Source of the DNA: Promethearchaeota archaeon
GTDB taxonomy: Archaea; Asgardarchaeota; Lokiarchaeia; Sigyniarchaeales; SOKP01
Length of the DNA stretch: 38,354 nucleotides
Direction of reading: 5' to 3'
Assembly (NCBI GenBank): GCA_048940645.1
Contig: JBHLOI010000034.1
Location: forward strand, 1-38,354
Position numbers and translations under genes: made by a program. The notes under the pieces are model-generated. The model saw nothing but the letters and a program-made list of their open reading frames with translations, was not told where the DNA came from and made no database searches. Below, one piece after another: positions 18,839 to 29,278 of this stretch. Numbering within the stretch: the stretch's first letter is position 1; each line of letters begins with the position of its first letter.

Positions 18839-20536
18839 TTATTTTAGCTCTGGCATATACTTCTCATAGTCCTTTTTCGTAGCTTCTCTTAAACTTGCTT
18901 TACCTCCGCAATTTTCACAATATTCTGTAAAAGTATGGTTAAATTTCTTACAAGTTTCACAGAAATACAAGAAAGTCTTCTTATATGTCTTTCTCCGTTC
19001 TTTTGTTATTTTATCTGCTTTATCTGTAATAGGTTGTAGCCTGCGCCTATGTCTGATGTAAAAAATTGTTACTAAGGAAATTATGCTAATAATAGCAATA
19101 ATCACAATAATTAAAACCATATCGAATGCAGGCGGTATTTCTGTAAGTCCACGGGCATAATATATATCCAATTCATTATCTCTTCCATCAGACCAAGCTA
19201 CATGAGGAATACCATTATTATCCAGTTGAATAGCAAAATATTCTCCCGGTCTAAAGAATGCACTACTAGTATCTCTATCTGCTATTGCAATCTGATCAGA
19301 AAATTCCGTCTCATTTCGATAGGAACCAGTAAAATTAACGGTTCGGTAATAAGGTTTGTAATTTTCTCCTACTTCACTATAATAAACAATATGAAGACGC
19401 CCAGTTTCGTCAATTACCATGTCTGGATTCCATTGCTGTCCAGATGTTGAAGGATTAATACGTATCCGCTCACTCCAAGTTGATCCGAAATCATCTGAGT
19501 ATCGTAAATATACATCCCAAGTGTCAGTTGGTTGATCATATCTGTCAGCCCATAATAGATATAATCTATCATTTTTATCAAATTTAATGACAGGCAATGT
19601 TGCTTTACTAGGGCTATTTCCTATGCCTTGAAAGAAACAATAATTTCCATCTTGATTTACAAGTTGCGGGGTATCAAATGTTATAGCACGATCTAAACTC
19701 TTTGTAAAATATAAATTTCCACCTTGATCAGGAGCCCAAGTCCAAGCAAGAAAAACATCTCCGTTAGTATTTAATGTCACATAGGGTCCAAGGAAATAAA
19801 AATCTTCTCCTAAATTTGAAATTTCTTGATATGTATCCCCACCATCTATAGAACGTGAAATTCGTACTGTTGCATTACCTGTTGGAGTAATGTCTACATC
19901 ATCGTATGCAACATAAATAGTGTTGTTTTCTCCTACAACCATGGTTTCTTTATCGGCAAAATACGTACCATTTGTAGCCTTAACTGGTGTCCATGTATTT
20001 CCATAGTCAATACTCTTTGCTATGGTTATTTGGGTCAGGTAATCTCCCGATGGGTTTGAAAAGTAACCAGACTCAAACTCTAGATAAGCATAATAAATGG
20101 TTCCATTATACCAATAAAGCCAAGGATCTGATTGGCGAGTAAATCTCCCAGCATACATCGGCATATTATATGGATTAGACCATGTCTCACCATTATCAGT
20201 AGACTTTACAATACTAACCCTAGCGCCCCCGCCATAATGAGTTTCTGAATTTTTCCAACCTACAAAAATTACTTCATTGGGAAAATCACTTATTGCCATT
20301 GATACTTCAACATGATGTGCATAGATACCATCATCTATCGATAAAAGCCTATTGTCTGAAAATGCTAAGATTTCTGGATGATCTTCCTGTGATGATCTAA
20401 TTTCATTACTACCATTAAAACTAACAACGAATTTTATAAAAAAGGATAATGAATATAATGTAATTAATAGAAAAATAGCAAAATACTGAAGAAATTTATT
20501 TCTATTTGATTTTTTCATATTCTTTAAAATATCCAT
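18839..20536 (-). CDS. Secreted Asp-box/BNR (sialidase-like propeller) protein with C-terminal TM and cytoplasmic zinc ribbon
   Basis: N-terminal hydrophobic segment; Asp boxes STDNGETW, SIDYGNTW, SIDGGDTY, SLDRAITF, SDDFGSTW; TM followed by RHRRR; CETC..CENC. Confidence 0.8.
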   Translation of the reverse strand: MDILKNMKKSNRNKFLQYFAIFLLITLYSLSFFIKFVVSFNGSNEIRSSQEDHPEILAFSDNRLLSIDDGIYAHHVEVSMAISDFPNEVIFVGWKNSETHYGGGARVSIVKSTDNGETWSNPYNMPMYAGRFTRQSDPWLYWYNGTIYYAYLEFESGYFSNPSGDYLTQITIAKSIDYGNTWTPVKATNGTYFADKETMVVGENNTIYVAYDDVDITPTGNATVRISRSIDGGDTYQEISNLGEDFYFLGPYVTLNTNGDVFLAWTWAPDQGGNLYFTKSLDRAITFDTPQLVNQDGNYCFFQGIGNSPSKATLPVIKFDKNDRLYLLWADRYDQPTDTWDVYLRYSDDFGSTWSERIRINPSTSGQQWNPDMVIDETGRLHIVYYSEVGENYKPYYRTVNFTGSYRNETEFSDQIAIADRDTSSAFFRPGEYFAIQLDNNGIPHVAWSDGRDNELDIYYARGLTEIPPAFDMVLIIVIIAIISIISLVTIFYIRHRRRLQPITDKADKITKERRKTYKKTFLYFCETCKKFNHTFTEYCENCGGKASLREATKKDYEKYMPELK

Positions 20537-20622
20537 TGGAAATTTATAAAATTTGTGTAAGGAAAGACAAAAGAAATTGAAATAAAAATATTTGAGGAAA
20601 AAAATTGGATAGAAGGATTTAA

Positions 20623-22101
20623 TCAGATGCCTATAATATATGGCAGAATTTTTACTAGAGGAACAGCCAAACCGCCAAGGAGGGAGCCTATTGAGGTGAA
20701 TTTTTTAAAGTAGGCTTTAAAATTTTTTGTCACTTTTATGGTTCTTGTTTTACCTTCAATAATAGTTCCATCCTCCGAGAGTAGAAACACTTGAATTGTT
20801 TGTTCTCCAGTCTCTCTAGGTTCTAATGTTAACCACGTCGTATCCCCATTTTCTAACATGGTAGACAAAGTCCCAGCAATATCTTGCTCCTCAGAGGATA
20901 TTAAGGGTATTGGGCTACTTGGAATTAAAAAATTACCACGCCCCTCCACCTTTATGTCAAGTTTTAATTTTCTTGGTTCAAATCCGGGGGCATTTACATT
21001 TATGATATATTTTTTATCATTAGGAGCATTATTGTAGAGAAAAATCATAATATTTAACTCACTTCCAAGATAAACAACTTCTTGTGCCGTGGAATCCATA
21101 TAAATGGGATCTTTAGAAATTCTTTCAATATTATCTGCTAATTCTAATTGGAGTCTATCTATAATGTTAAAGAAACCTGGATTATACTTTTTAATATAAG
21201 TGAAAAGTTTGTATATATCTCTGGTTGAAAAATACCAAGAGCCTTCAATTAGTAGCCCTTTTTCTATATCAAAATCAATTGAATCAACATTGATAATTTC
21301 TTTCAATTCTTTTGTAAATTGTTCATCAGTTAGAACATTTTGATATCTTAGATAATATAGGAATAAAATTGATTCAACTGCAAATGTCACAGGTAACTCT
21401 TCTTCCTCTTGCTCTCTAACTTTTTGAATAAATGATGATTTTAAGATTTTATTCAATCCTACTAAATATTCATCCCATTTGAGAAAAGTAACGGGATCGA
21501 GATGGTCTGAAAACACTTCAGCAAAAAAATTATCTAAGAAAATTTGGTGGGTCGTAGGTTTATAAAAATCTTGTAAACCATTAACATCATGAATGTTTAA
21601 ATTTAAACTCCGAATAAGAATTGCTAATCCTAAACCTACAAGGGAAAAGCCTGCTGCGAGGAATCCAATATTTAAATCAACTAAGACCAACATAACAATA
21701 AATAACCCAAGAGCAACGAAACAAATAAATGCAATTATTTTCAATAAATTTACCACTCTTTTTACACTACTTGATAACATGTCAAATCCATCTAAACTAT
21801 CTATTGGCCTACCACGCTTTCGTTCAAATTTAAGTCGCATTCTTAGAGAAGAATTTGTTGAACTTGCGCCTAGAAGTAGCATAAATGAATTAAATGCATA
21901 TAGAGCTAAAATAGCTAAAAAAACTATTTGTAGAGTAAAATCAAGAGCTTGAATAAGAGCAAGCAAGGTTACTACAACAAGAGCAACCGGTAGAATGAAT
22001 AATAAAAGTTTACCAACTTTCGAGATATAAGAAACCATTTTACCCTGAAATCTTTCTTTCTTGATAATTTTTGATAAGTCTTTTTCTAATTCATTTTCCA
22101 T
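20623..22101 (-). CDS. Hypothetical membrane protein (4 N-terminal TMs, soluble helical plus beta-rich domain, hydrophobic C-terminus)
   Basis: 492-aa ORF; topology judged from hydropathy by eye. Confidence 0.75.
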   Translation of the reverse strand: MENELEKDLSKIIKKERFQGKMVSYISKVGKLLLFILPVALVVVTLLALIQALDFTLQIVFLAILALYAFNSFMLLLGASSTNSSLRMRLKFERKRGRPIDSLDGFDMLSSSVKRVVNLLKIIAFICFVALGLFIVMLVLVDLNIGFLAAGFSLVGLGLAILIRSLNLNIHDVNGLQDFYKPTTHQIFLDNFFAEVFSDHLDPVTFLKWDEYLVGLNKILKSSFIQKVREQEEEELPVTFAVESILFLYYLRYQNVLTDEQFTKELKEIINVDSIDFDIEKGLLIEGSWYFSTRDIYKLFTYIKKYNPGFFNIIDRLQLELADNIERISKDPIYMDSTAQEVVYLGSELNIMIFLYNNAPNDKKYIINVNAPGFEPRKLKLDIKVEGRGNFLIPSSPIPLISSEEQDIAGTLSTMLENGDTTWLTLEPRETGEQTIQVFLLSEDGTIIEGKTRTIKVTKNFKAYFKKFTSIGSLLGGLAVPLVKILPYIIGI

Positions 22102-22307
22102 ATTTAAATCCTTATTTTTATTTGAAATTTATATAACTAACTAATAAAACTAGAAATTTATAAGATTGTGGATCAGTTAATAAGAACTCCAAATTAAAGT
22201 GAAATGTGAAATTTAAAAAATTTTATATCTAATTTTGTATTAAAATAATAATTATTTTTAGTTGATAGAATTATTTAAGTTCAAGAAATTGGGGTCTCTT
22301 ATATAAA

Positions 22308-23420
22308 ATGAGAAGAATCCGTAGTATTGATACTATTCGTGGCGCTTGCATGTGGATTATGATATTTGGGCATATATTAGAATGGTGGATTAGTTATGAT
22401 AGTTATTGGTTTAAAGATTGGATGTTTGCATTTCTGGAATCGGTTGGTGCTACAGGATTCCTTTTTGTTTCAGGAATTAGTACTGCTTTAGCTTATAAAA
22501 GTAGTTTAATTAAAACTAATAATTCAACGAATTTTAATCTATTGATGGCTAGAAAAGTATATTTCATTAGAGCAATAATAATTTTACTTATAGGTTTTCT
22601 TTATAATACTCTTTTCGTAATAATTTGGAGTGGTGATATAGCAGATATTTGGACTTGGTATGTTCTTCAAACAATTGGATTTTCGCTTATACTAGCTTGG
22701 CCTTTCTTAAAAATGCCTAAATATATAAGAATAGTTGTAAGTATTCTTGTATTTGCCATAAATTTGATACTTTTAGATTTATTATTACCTTATGAAGGAC
22801 AAGCTAATTTTTTTGGTATCTTCTTTCATATATTATATAATCCTTCAGATCAATACATAATTCTAACTTACTTTGGGATTTTCCTTTTAGGAACTGTAAT
22901 AGGCGATATTCTATTCGAGATTAGTAATATACAAGATCTAACAAAAAAAAAACAATTTTTTAAAAATAGATTCATTTTACCCTCTTTAATCATTGGAACG
23001 GGTGTATTAATGTTTGGGATTTTCTTTCATTTTCCAAATTTTTTAATTTTAGGTACTCTATCATCATTAGCTTATTCCTGGGGTTTGATCTTAATTGTTT
23101 TTTCAATATTTATTGCGATTGAGGTATTTGAAGTATTTAAAACTACAAAAAGCTATAGGCTATTATATTATTTTTCATTTTACTCTTTTACTATCTATCT
23201 ATCGCACTATGTACTGTATTTTCTTTTCCCTGGACAATTCAACTTTATCGAGATTTTAATCATTTGGATAATTGGAACTGCTTTATGTGGGGTTTTATTT
23301 AGGTTAGTATACCATAAATTAGGTGCAAAAGCTTCACTAAAAGCTGTTATTACCATCTTAAGTTATAGATTATCAATGAAAATTAACTTACAAGAGGTCT
23401 TGAAATTTAAAAAAAAGTAA
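22308..23420 (+). CDS. Membrane acyltransferase, HGSNAT/DUF1624-like
   Basis: RIRSIDTIRG...H, FLFVSGIS, VLQTIG, SFTIYLSH; about 10 TMs. Confidence 0.8.
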   Translation: MRRIRSIDTIRGACMWIMIFGHILEWWISYDSYWFKDWMFAFLESVGATGFLFVSGISTALAYKSSLIKTNNSTNFNLLMARKVYFIRAIIILLIGFLYNTLFVIIWSGDIADIWTWYVLQTIGFSLILAWPFLKMPKYIRIVVSILVFAINLILLDLLLPYEGQANFFGIFFHILYNPSDQYIILTYFGIFLLGTVIGDILFEISNIQDLTKKKQFFKNRFILPSLIIGTGVLMFGIFFHFPNFLILGTLSSLAYSWGLILIVFSIFIAIEVFEVFKTTKSYRLLYYFSFYSFTIYLSHYVLYFLFPGQFNFIEILIIWIIGTALCGVLFRLVYHKLGAKASLKAVITILSYRLSMKINLQEVLKFKKK

Positions 23421-23434
23421 TGTGAATCATCTAC

Positions 23435-23443
23435 TTTTTTTTT
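23435..23443 (+). terminator. Oligo-T terminator candidate
   Basis: T9 located 14 nt after the stop at 23420. Confidence 0.45.
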
Positions 23444-23952
23444 CATTATTTTTGAAATCAAAAATGATATTAACAATTTTGATTATGAAATTTCAAAAAA
23501 ATACCGAATACATTAATGATTAATTCCAGTAATGATTCAAAAAGTATAATTTGATCAAGAAGTCAATAAGTTTCAATAAAAAATTTTTCAGTTCAAAAAA
23601 ATTCAGAAAAAATTTGTGAAGTTTTGATCATTTTTTCATAACTTTTTTTTGTAAAAGAAAGACCCATTTCTTACTCGTCTTTTTAAATTAGTCAGGAATT
23701 GGTCAAGATAATTCCGAAAAAGTAAAGAAAAAATACTTTGAAGAGTAAATAACCATGAAAAATGAGATAGTTCTACCATAAATTTAAGCGATTCCGGATT
23801 CTGTCAAAATCGTTCCTAAAATGATTAACTTTTCAAGAATTCGCCTGATCTCGTAAAATGGGAAGCGGAAAAAACCCCAATACATTTAAATATGAAATTA
23901 TTCCTACGTTAGTTAGTAATAAAAAAATAATAGTAAAAAAAAGTGAAAAAAA

Positions 23953-24285
23953 ATGGAAGTAATTAAATCAAAAGCAGAAGTTTTAACATTAACTGATGAA
24001 CAAATAGAAAAGGTTTATCAATTAGCAAGCAATGTTAACATAGAAGTTATTGAAGAAGTAGCTCCTTTACTTTTGGACGTTTGTTTAAACGCCGAAGGCG
24101 GCGTCCTAAAAAATGAACTAGGAAGAGTTATTTTCCATTTACAAAAATCTGAAAGACTAAACACACGAATTGGTTTTGAAAAACTCTTAGATGGAGCCTT
24201 AAGGGTTAATGCGGAAGAAGTTTTCAAAATTCTTGAGGATGCTGAAGCAGGAGATTTTTCTAAGAAAATAAAAGCACTTTTATAA
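23953..24285 (+). CDS. Small alpha-helical hypothetical protein
   Basis: 110-aa ORF with its own TATA-like TTTAAATA (23885-23892) and a downstream T8 tract (24294-24301). Confidence 0.8.
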   Translation: MEVIKSKAEVLTLTDEQIEKVYQLASNVNIEVIEEVAPLLLDVCLNAEGGVLKNELGRVIFHLQKSERLNTRIGFEKLLDGALRVNAEEVFKILEDAEAGDFSKKIKALL

Positions 24286-24462
24286 GATTAAAATTTTTTT
24301 TAACCTTCTTATTTTATTCAATTTAGTTAAATGTAAATTTATTCGTCCTCTAATCTAACACTTTCGGTTTAAGGATACAACTAATACAATTCTATTAAAT
24401 TAACTAGAGAAATGTTATAAATTGTATTGCATTTTTTTATCTAACAAACTTTTGATTTAGCA

Positions 24463-24753
24463 ATGATGACTGACATTAAAAAGGAAACTGATATAGATAG
24501 AGCGTGGCAATATTATGAAAAAATAAGAGATGCCCTCACAGGGTTATACGAAATTTTAAATATGAGTATGGACGAAAATAATATTTTTTATCAGTGTGCA
24601 GTCGATAATTTAGAAAATTTAAAGGAAACTATCATTGATATGTTGAAAAAAGATTATAATCCAGCAGAAATAAAACGAAAATTACGAGAACTTGAGTTTG
24701 ATATGAAAAAGTCTCTTTTTTTTGAACATGATGAAAAACAAGATCAAAAGTAA
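24463..24753 (+). CDS. Small acidic helical hypothetical protein
   Basis: 96-aa ORF with amphipathic helices; no motif recognised. Confidence 0.7.
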   Translation: MMTDIKKETDIDRAWQYYEKIRDALTGLYEILNMSMDENNIFYQCAVDNLENLKETIIDMLKKDYNPAEIKRKLRELEFDMKKSLFFEHDEKQDQK

Positions 24754-24772
24754 TTAGACTCAATTACATAAT

Positions 24773-25387
24773 TTAATCACTTTTTATCATAATCCAACTA
24801 ATAAAATTCGTTTTTGGAATGATTATTTCTTCAAATACTTCAAATCCAAAATGTTCATAAATAGAAAGATTTTTTCTAGATTGTGTTTCTAACAAAATAG
24901 GTAAATTTTCCCAAAAGATACGTTTTAGCATGGGTTTTATTAACTTGCTTGCAAAACCTTTTCCTTGATATTTTGGGTCAACACCTATTGATCCCAAATA
25001 CCAGTATGGAGTTTTCATAAGATGGTAACGCATTGATACATTCACATCTTGAATATACATTAATTTTTTTGTAGATTTAATTCCAAATCTAAAAGGAAGA
25101 ATTAAACCACCATTTAAAATATATTTCCAATAAGAGATATTTATCATTCCTGGAGGATGCCATATAGCAATTCCTTCCAAGTTTTCTGAAGTAGTATATA
25201 CTTCTCCTAATTTTATCCCAATTTTTAAAATCATCTGCCAAATACAATGAAATTTGGCTTTTCTTTTAGACTTATCAGGAATTTGCCAGCAAACAACAGG
25301 ATCATTAAAAAAAGCTCTTGATAAAACCATACTAGCTGGTTTTATATATTCTTTTGAGAGTCTGATTAGATTTTCTTGTTCAAACAC
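24773..25387 (-). CDS. GNAT family N-acetyltransferase
   Basis: AFFNDP, WYLGSIGVDPKYQGKGFAS (AcCoA motif A), NLSIYEHFGF. Confidence 0.9.
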   Translation of the reverse strand: MFEQENLIRLSKEYIKPASMVLSRAFFNDPVVCWQIPDKSKRKAKFHCIWQMILKIGIKLGEVYTTSENLEGIAIWHPPGMINISYWKYILNGGLILPFRFGIKSTKKLMYIQDVNVSMRYHLMKTPYWYLGSIGVDPKYQGKGFASKLIKPMLKRIFWENLPILLETQSRKNLSIYEHFGFEVFEEIIIPKTNFISWIMIKSD

Positions 25388-25553
25388 TACTTCTCGATGA
25401 TCTTTTGGGTCGAGTAAATAAATATTTTAATGTTAATAGTTCAATATATTCTAATCTATTTATTTATAAACTGGGTTGAGTTTAATATTATTAACATTTT
25501 TAATATACAAAATTGAATAATTAGTTAATCACTATATCATTGGTGAGAATGGT

Positions 25554-26258
25554 TTGCTTGATTTTTTAGGATGGATTGATGGGATTACTGCCTCTGGAGT
25601 AGTGATCTTTGGTATAGTTTTTGGTTTATTTTTTATATACAAAGCAAGAAAAACAAATGCTAGGATTTTAGATTATTTAGGTTTGGCAAATCTTTTTGCA
25701 GGATTGATGTTTTTAGGAGTATTTTTAGACTTTTTATTTGTGTTAGCAACAACAATAAATATGGATAATACTTATGGGATAGTCGGAATTTTGAGTTATA
25801 TATGGCTTGCCCCTGCAATCATCACAGCAATATATATCGGAGCGGAATTGCTAATACCCAAAGCAAAGTGGTATATTGCTATAATCTTTATCATTCTGAG
25901 CATAATATTTGAAATTTTAATTTTTATAGATCCTTTTAGTGCATTTAAATTTCAAGACCCTCCTTCTCCAGGACGACTTCTAATTAATTATAGCGTGCAA
26001 ACTTTTTCTATAGCAGGTATTTTAATGGCAGTTTTTCTCCTTACTATAATAGTTTTGCTTGGAGTTGGATTTTTAGTCAAAAGTTTTCAATCAAGTGGCA
26101 TATTAAAAACTAAATTTTTTTTGTTATCTATGGGTTCAATATTTTTCTGTGTTTTTGGGTTAATAGAAGGATTATTTGAACCAGACATATGGGTGATATT
26201 CGTGAGAATTGGATATTTAAGCAGCTTTTGGCTGATGTATTACGGATTAAAAACCTAA
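25554..26258 (+). CDS. Stand-alone ~7-TM membrane protein
   Basis: Seven hydrophobic segments and no soluble domain; GGTGA SD 7 nt before the TTG. Confidence 0.75.
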   Translation: MLDFLGWIDGITASGVVIFGIVFGLFFIYKARKTNARILDYLGLANLFAGLMFLGVFLDFLFVLATTINMDNTYGIVGILSYIWLAPAIITAIYIGAELLIPKAKWYIAIIFIILSIIFEILIFIDPFSAFKFQDPPSPGRLLINYSVQTFSIAGILMAVFLLTIIVLLGVGFLVKSFQSSGILKTKFFLLSMGSIFFCVFGLIEGLFEPDIWVIFVRIGYLSSFWLMYYGLKT

Positions 26259-26387
26259 ATTAATTTAAAAAAATTCCTTCATATACTTTTTATTTATAGA
26301 AACCAAATCTAGTTCATTTTTCGGAAAATACAAAAATCTTGAAGCTTTTTCATATTAAAAATAAAATAAAACATTCAGGCTTATAGA

Positions 26388-27410
26388 TTGTACAATTTTA
26401 AATCTAAGGTAAGTCAAATACAAGAGGTATACCAAATAAAGATCGATGTGCCCTTTGCTGTCAAATTTGTATGTCTTTATCTTTTTGAGATTGATGATCA
26501 GAAGGTCCTCATAGATTCTGGGCTTAATATGGGAAATTGGAGTAAAATTTTCTTCTCAACTCTTAATGATCTTGACTATAGTATTCAGGATATTGATTAT
26601 TGCTTAATTACACATATGCATTTAGATCATATTGGATTGGTAAGAACTCTTAAGCGAAAAAATAAGAAAATTAAGATTATAATGAATGATATCACACATC
26701 AAATTCTACAATGGGAAACAAATAATGAAAATCTTGGAGAATTGAAAGAACAAGCTAAGAAGGTCGCCAATCTGATGATAAAGTATGGACTTAATGTTGA
26801 TGAGGGAAAAAAAATTGTGCAATTTTTTACATTCTGGCCCAGGTATTTGCGATATCAGAAACCTGATTTAATTGTGCATGATGGTGATAAAATTTTGAAA
26901 CATTTAGAGATTATTTGGACTCCAGGTCATAGTTTTGGTCATATTTGTGTATTTAATAAGGAAAAAAAGTATCTTTTTTCTGGTGATCACATACTCTCTC
27001 GGATAACGCCTCATATTGGAAATTTTATTGTACCGATTAACTTGTCCGAAAAGTATGCAACCTATAATTTCGAGAATATTTTAAATCATTATCTGAAATC
27101 TTTAGATCGAATTGATGAGTTAAATGCAGAAATTATTTTTCCAGCTCATCAAGAAATTATATTTAATCCTCATGAACGAATTTTAGCGATAAAGGAGCAT
27201 CATAGAAATAGATTATCAGAGATATCAAAAGTAATTAAGAATAACCCAAAAACACCATTTGAAATCTCACAGATACACTTTGGAAAAGATTTAGATGAAA
27301 TAAATTCATATATGGCATTAAGTGAAGTGTTAGGACATTTAATTTATCTGGAAAATGAAGCAAAAGTTCAAAAAATTGAAAAAAATGGAAAATTTTATTA
27401 TAAGAGTTAA
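26388..27410 (+). CDS. Metallo-beta-lactamase-fold hydrolase with C-terminal winged helix
   Basis: LIDSG, THMHLDH, TPGHSFGH, SGDH, PAH motifs. Confidence 0.9.
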   Translation: MYNFKSKVSQIQEVYQIKIDVPFAVKFVCLYLFEIDDQKVLIDSGLNMGNWSKIFFSTLNDLDYSIQDIDYCLITHMHLDHIGLVRTLKRKNKKIKIIMNDITHQILQWETNNENLGELKEQAKKVANLMIKYGLNVDEGKKIVQFFTFWPRYLRYQKPDLIVHDGDKILKHLEIIWTPGHSFGHICVFNKEKKYLFSGDHILSRITPHIGNFIVPINLSEKYATYNFENILNHYLKSLDRIDELNAEIIFPAHQEIIFNPHERILAIKEHHRNRLSEISKVIKNNPKTPFEISQIHFGKDLDEINSYMALSEVLGHLIYLENEAKVQKIEKNGKFYYKS

Positions 27411-27441
27411 ACTGAATTTTAAATTTTTACCTAAATCTTAA

Positions 27442-28563
27442 TTATTTGCCATGTTTTCTACTTAGGCGATAGTTTCTAATTTTTGTCTCTGTAAAACACC
27501 ATAATACGCCAATAATAACACATGTGATTATGGCAATGATATCATAAAATATACAGAATATTAGATCAGATGTTTCATATGGGTCCGGAACAATACATGC
27601 AAAGTTTCCAGTAAACGCTTTCATTAAGCCGAAATAGAAAATTTGTACTAAGAGGATATGATATGATGACTTTCCAATCCAGGCTATACCTTTCGCAAAT
27701 TTATTCTTTGGATTACTTGGAAAAATTAACATTACAATTAGAAATAAGAAAGCTGTATAGGTATAAAAAATAATGTTATAATCACTTCTCAAATACTCAA
27801 TTTCATAATCATGGAATTGAAAGAGATATATATAGTAGGCACATAACGGAAACACGATCCACATGAATAAATTATGCAAACTAAATAGTTTATGGTTTCT
27901 AGAAAACCACATCCCCAGTCCAATACCACCAATATACATAAATATAGTCATGTAATAGAAAACCATGGTATGCCAATCCATCGCAAAGTAAAACATAAAT
28001 AAACTAGTAATAAAATTAATTAGAAAACATAAAGTTAGGGTGAATAAAGCCCAGGCAGTTCTTCCAGAGAATCCTTTATAAATAAGTGGCATTACTAATA
28101 TTGTTTGGAAAAGAAAAGGAATAAACCATACCCCCGGTCCCCAAAAAGGAGTAATGCCCAAGTAAAGATGTTTTTCGTTCATAACAGGATATAATTGATT
28201 TAAAATCATATTACAAAAGGAACCATAGATGATTAAACCAATAATTGTTGATATGACATATAAAAGGAGATATGGAAAAACATACCTCCAAAATTTTTTC
28301 TTAAAATAATGCCATGAATAAAGTTCTTTTAATGAGGATTTTCCAGTTCTTTTAAAAGACAACCCCATATTAAATCCCAAGATAACTACAAAAAACGGAA
28401 TTGAAAGTCTTTGCCATAAATGAACAACCATCAGATCTCTTATTTCTGGTGGAAGTCTAACAAGCGCATGCTCAGAAATAACAAAAATTATAAAAATAGC
28501 TTTTAAGAGGTCTACCTGAAAGTAATAATTACTCTTTTCATTTATTTCCTTCATGTGAACCAA
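27442..28563 (-). CDS. Acyltransferase-3 family membrane protein
   Basis: VDLLKAI..VISEH, IPFFVVILG, WFIP, IGKSSYHILLVQ. Confidence 0.82.
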   Translation of the reverse strand: MVHMKEINEKSNYYFQVDLLKAIFIIFVISEHALVRLPPEIRDLMVVHLWQRLSIPFFVVILGFNMGLSFKRTGKSSLKELYSWHYFKKKFWRYVFPYLLLYVISTIIGLIIYGSFCNMILNQLYPVMNEKHLYLGITPFWGPGVWFIPFLFQTILVMPLIYKGFSGRTAWALFTLTLCFLINFITSLFMFYFAMDWHTMVFYYMTIFMYIGGIGLGMWFSRNHKLFSLHNLFMWIVFPLCAYYIYLFQFHDYEIEYLRSDYNIIFYTYTAFLFLIVMLIFPSNPKNKFAKGIAWIGKSSYHILLVQIFYFGLMKAFTGNFACIVPDPYETSDLIFCIFYDIIAIITCVIIGVLWCFTETKIRNYRLSRKHGK

Positions 28564-28708
28564 TTTTTAAAAATTCTGACATTAATGTATTTCTTATTAA
28601 ATTTTAATATTTAAAAAAGTTATGAAACTATTATTACAAAAATTATTTACTGAAATTTCAAATTTAATAAAACTTGAGCCATTAATCCGTAGTATTAAAT
28701 AATCTTAT

Positions 28709-29170
28709 TTAGTAGGGGTTTTTGCCATTCTGAGAAATTGTTTTAATAGGTTTAAGTACTACACAAACTCTTTCAACACTTTTTACATCGCTTCTACCCC
28801 GAAAATTTTCAATAAAGGCGTCAAGTTCTGTTATTTCTGGGACGTTGACTTTTACTAAAATTCCACATTCTCCCGCTAGAAAATATACTTCCTCACATTG
28901 AGGCAATATTTGGGTTTCTCTTATTAATTCTTTGATTTCAGACTGATTTTTAGGTAACAAGGTTATAAATGCATAAATGCAACGCTCTTCTTCTCTACAA
29001 ACCTTAATTGTAAATTTCTCTATTACACCGTCTTCTTGCAAACGTATTACTCTTTTACGAACAGTTGATTCTGAGAGTTCCACTTCCGTTCCAATCTCAT
29101 GATAAGGTCTTCTTGAATCTTCAATTAGCATTTCCAATATTTTTTTATCCTTCTCATCTAAATTTTTCAT
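28709..29170 (-). CDS. Lrp/AsnC family transcriptional regulator
   Basis: LDEKDKKIL..L..DSR...LSESTVRKRVIRL..GVI HTH followed by a RAM domain. Confidence 0.93.
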   Translation of the reverse strand: MKNLDEKDKKILEMLIEDSRRPYHEIGTEVELSESTVRKRVIRLQEDGVIEKFTIKVCREEERCIYAFITLLPKNQSEIKELIRETQILPQCEEVYFLAGECGILVKVNVPEITELDAFIENFRGRSDVKSVERVCVVLKPIKTISQNGKNPY

Positions 29171-29278
29171 ATTTAATCATTTTCTATTATTTATTATCCT
29201 TCTTAACTTATTTTTTTAAAAAAAAATATAAATTTTAAGTGTAAAAAAATTGATTTTATATTGTAGATTCACCCACTC

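Noticed and set aside
23421-23952. Replication origin
   Set aside because: AT-rich, but I see no repeated ORB consensus and no adjacent orc1/cdc6.
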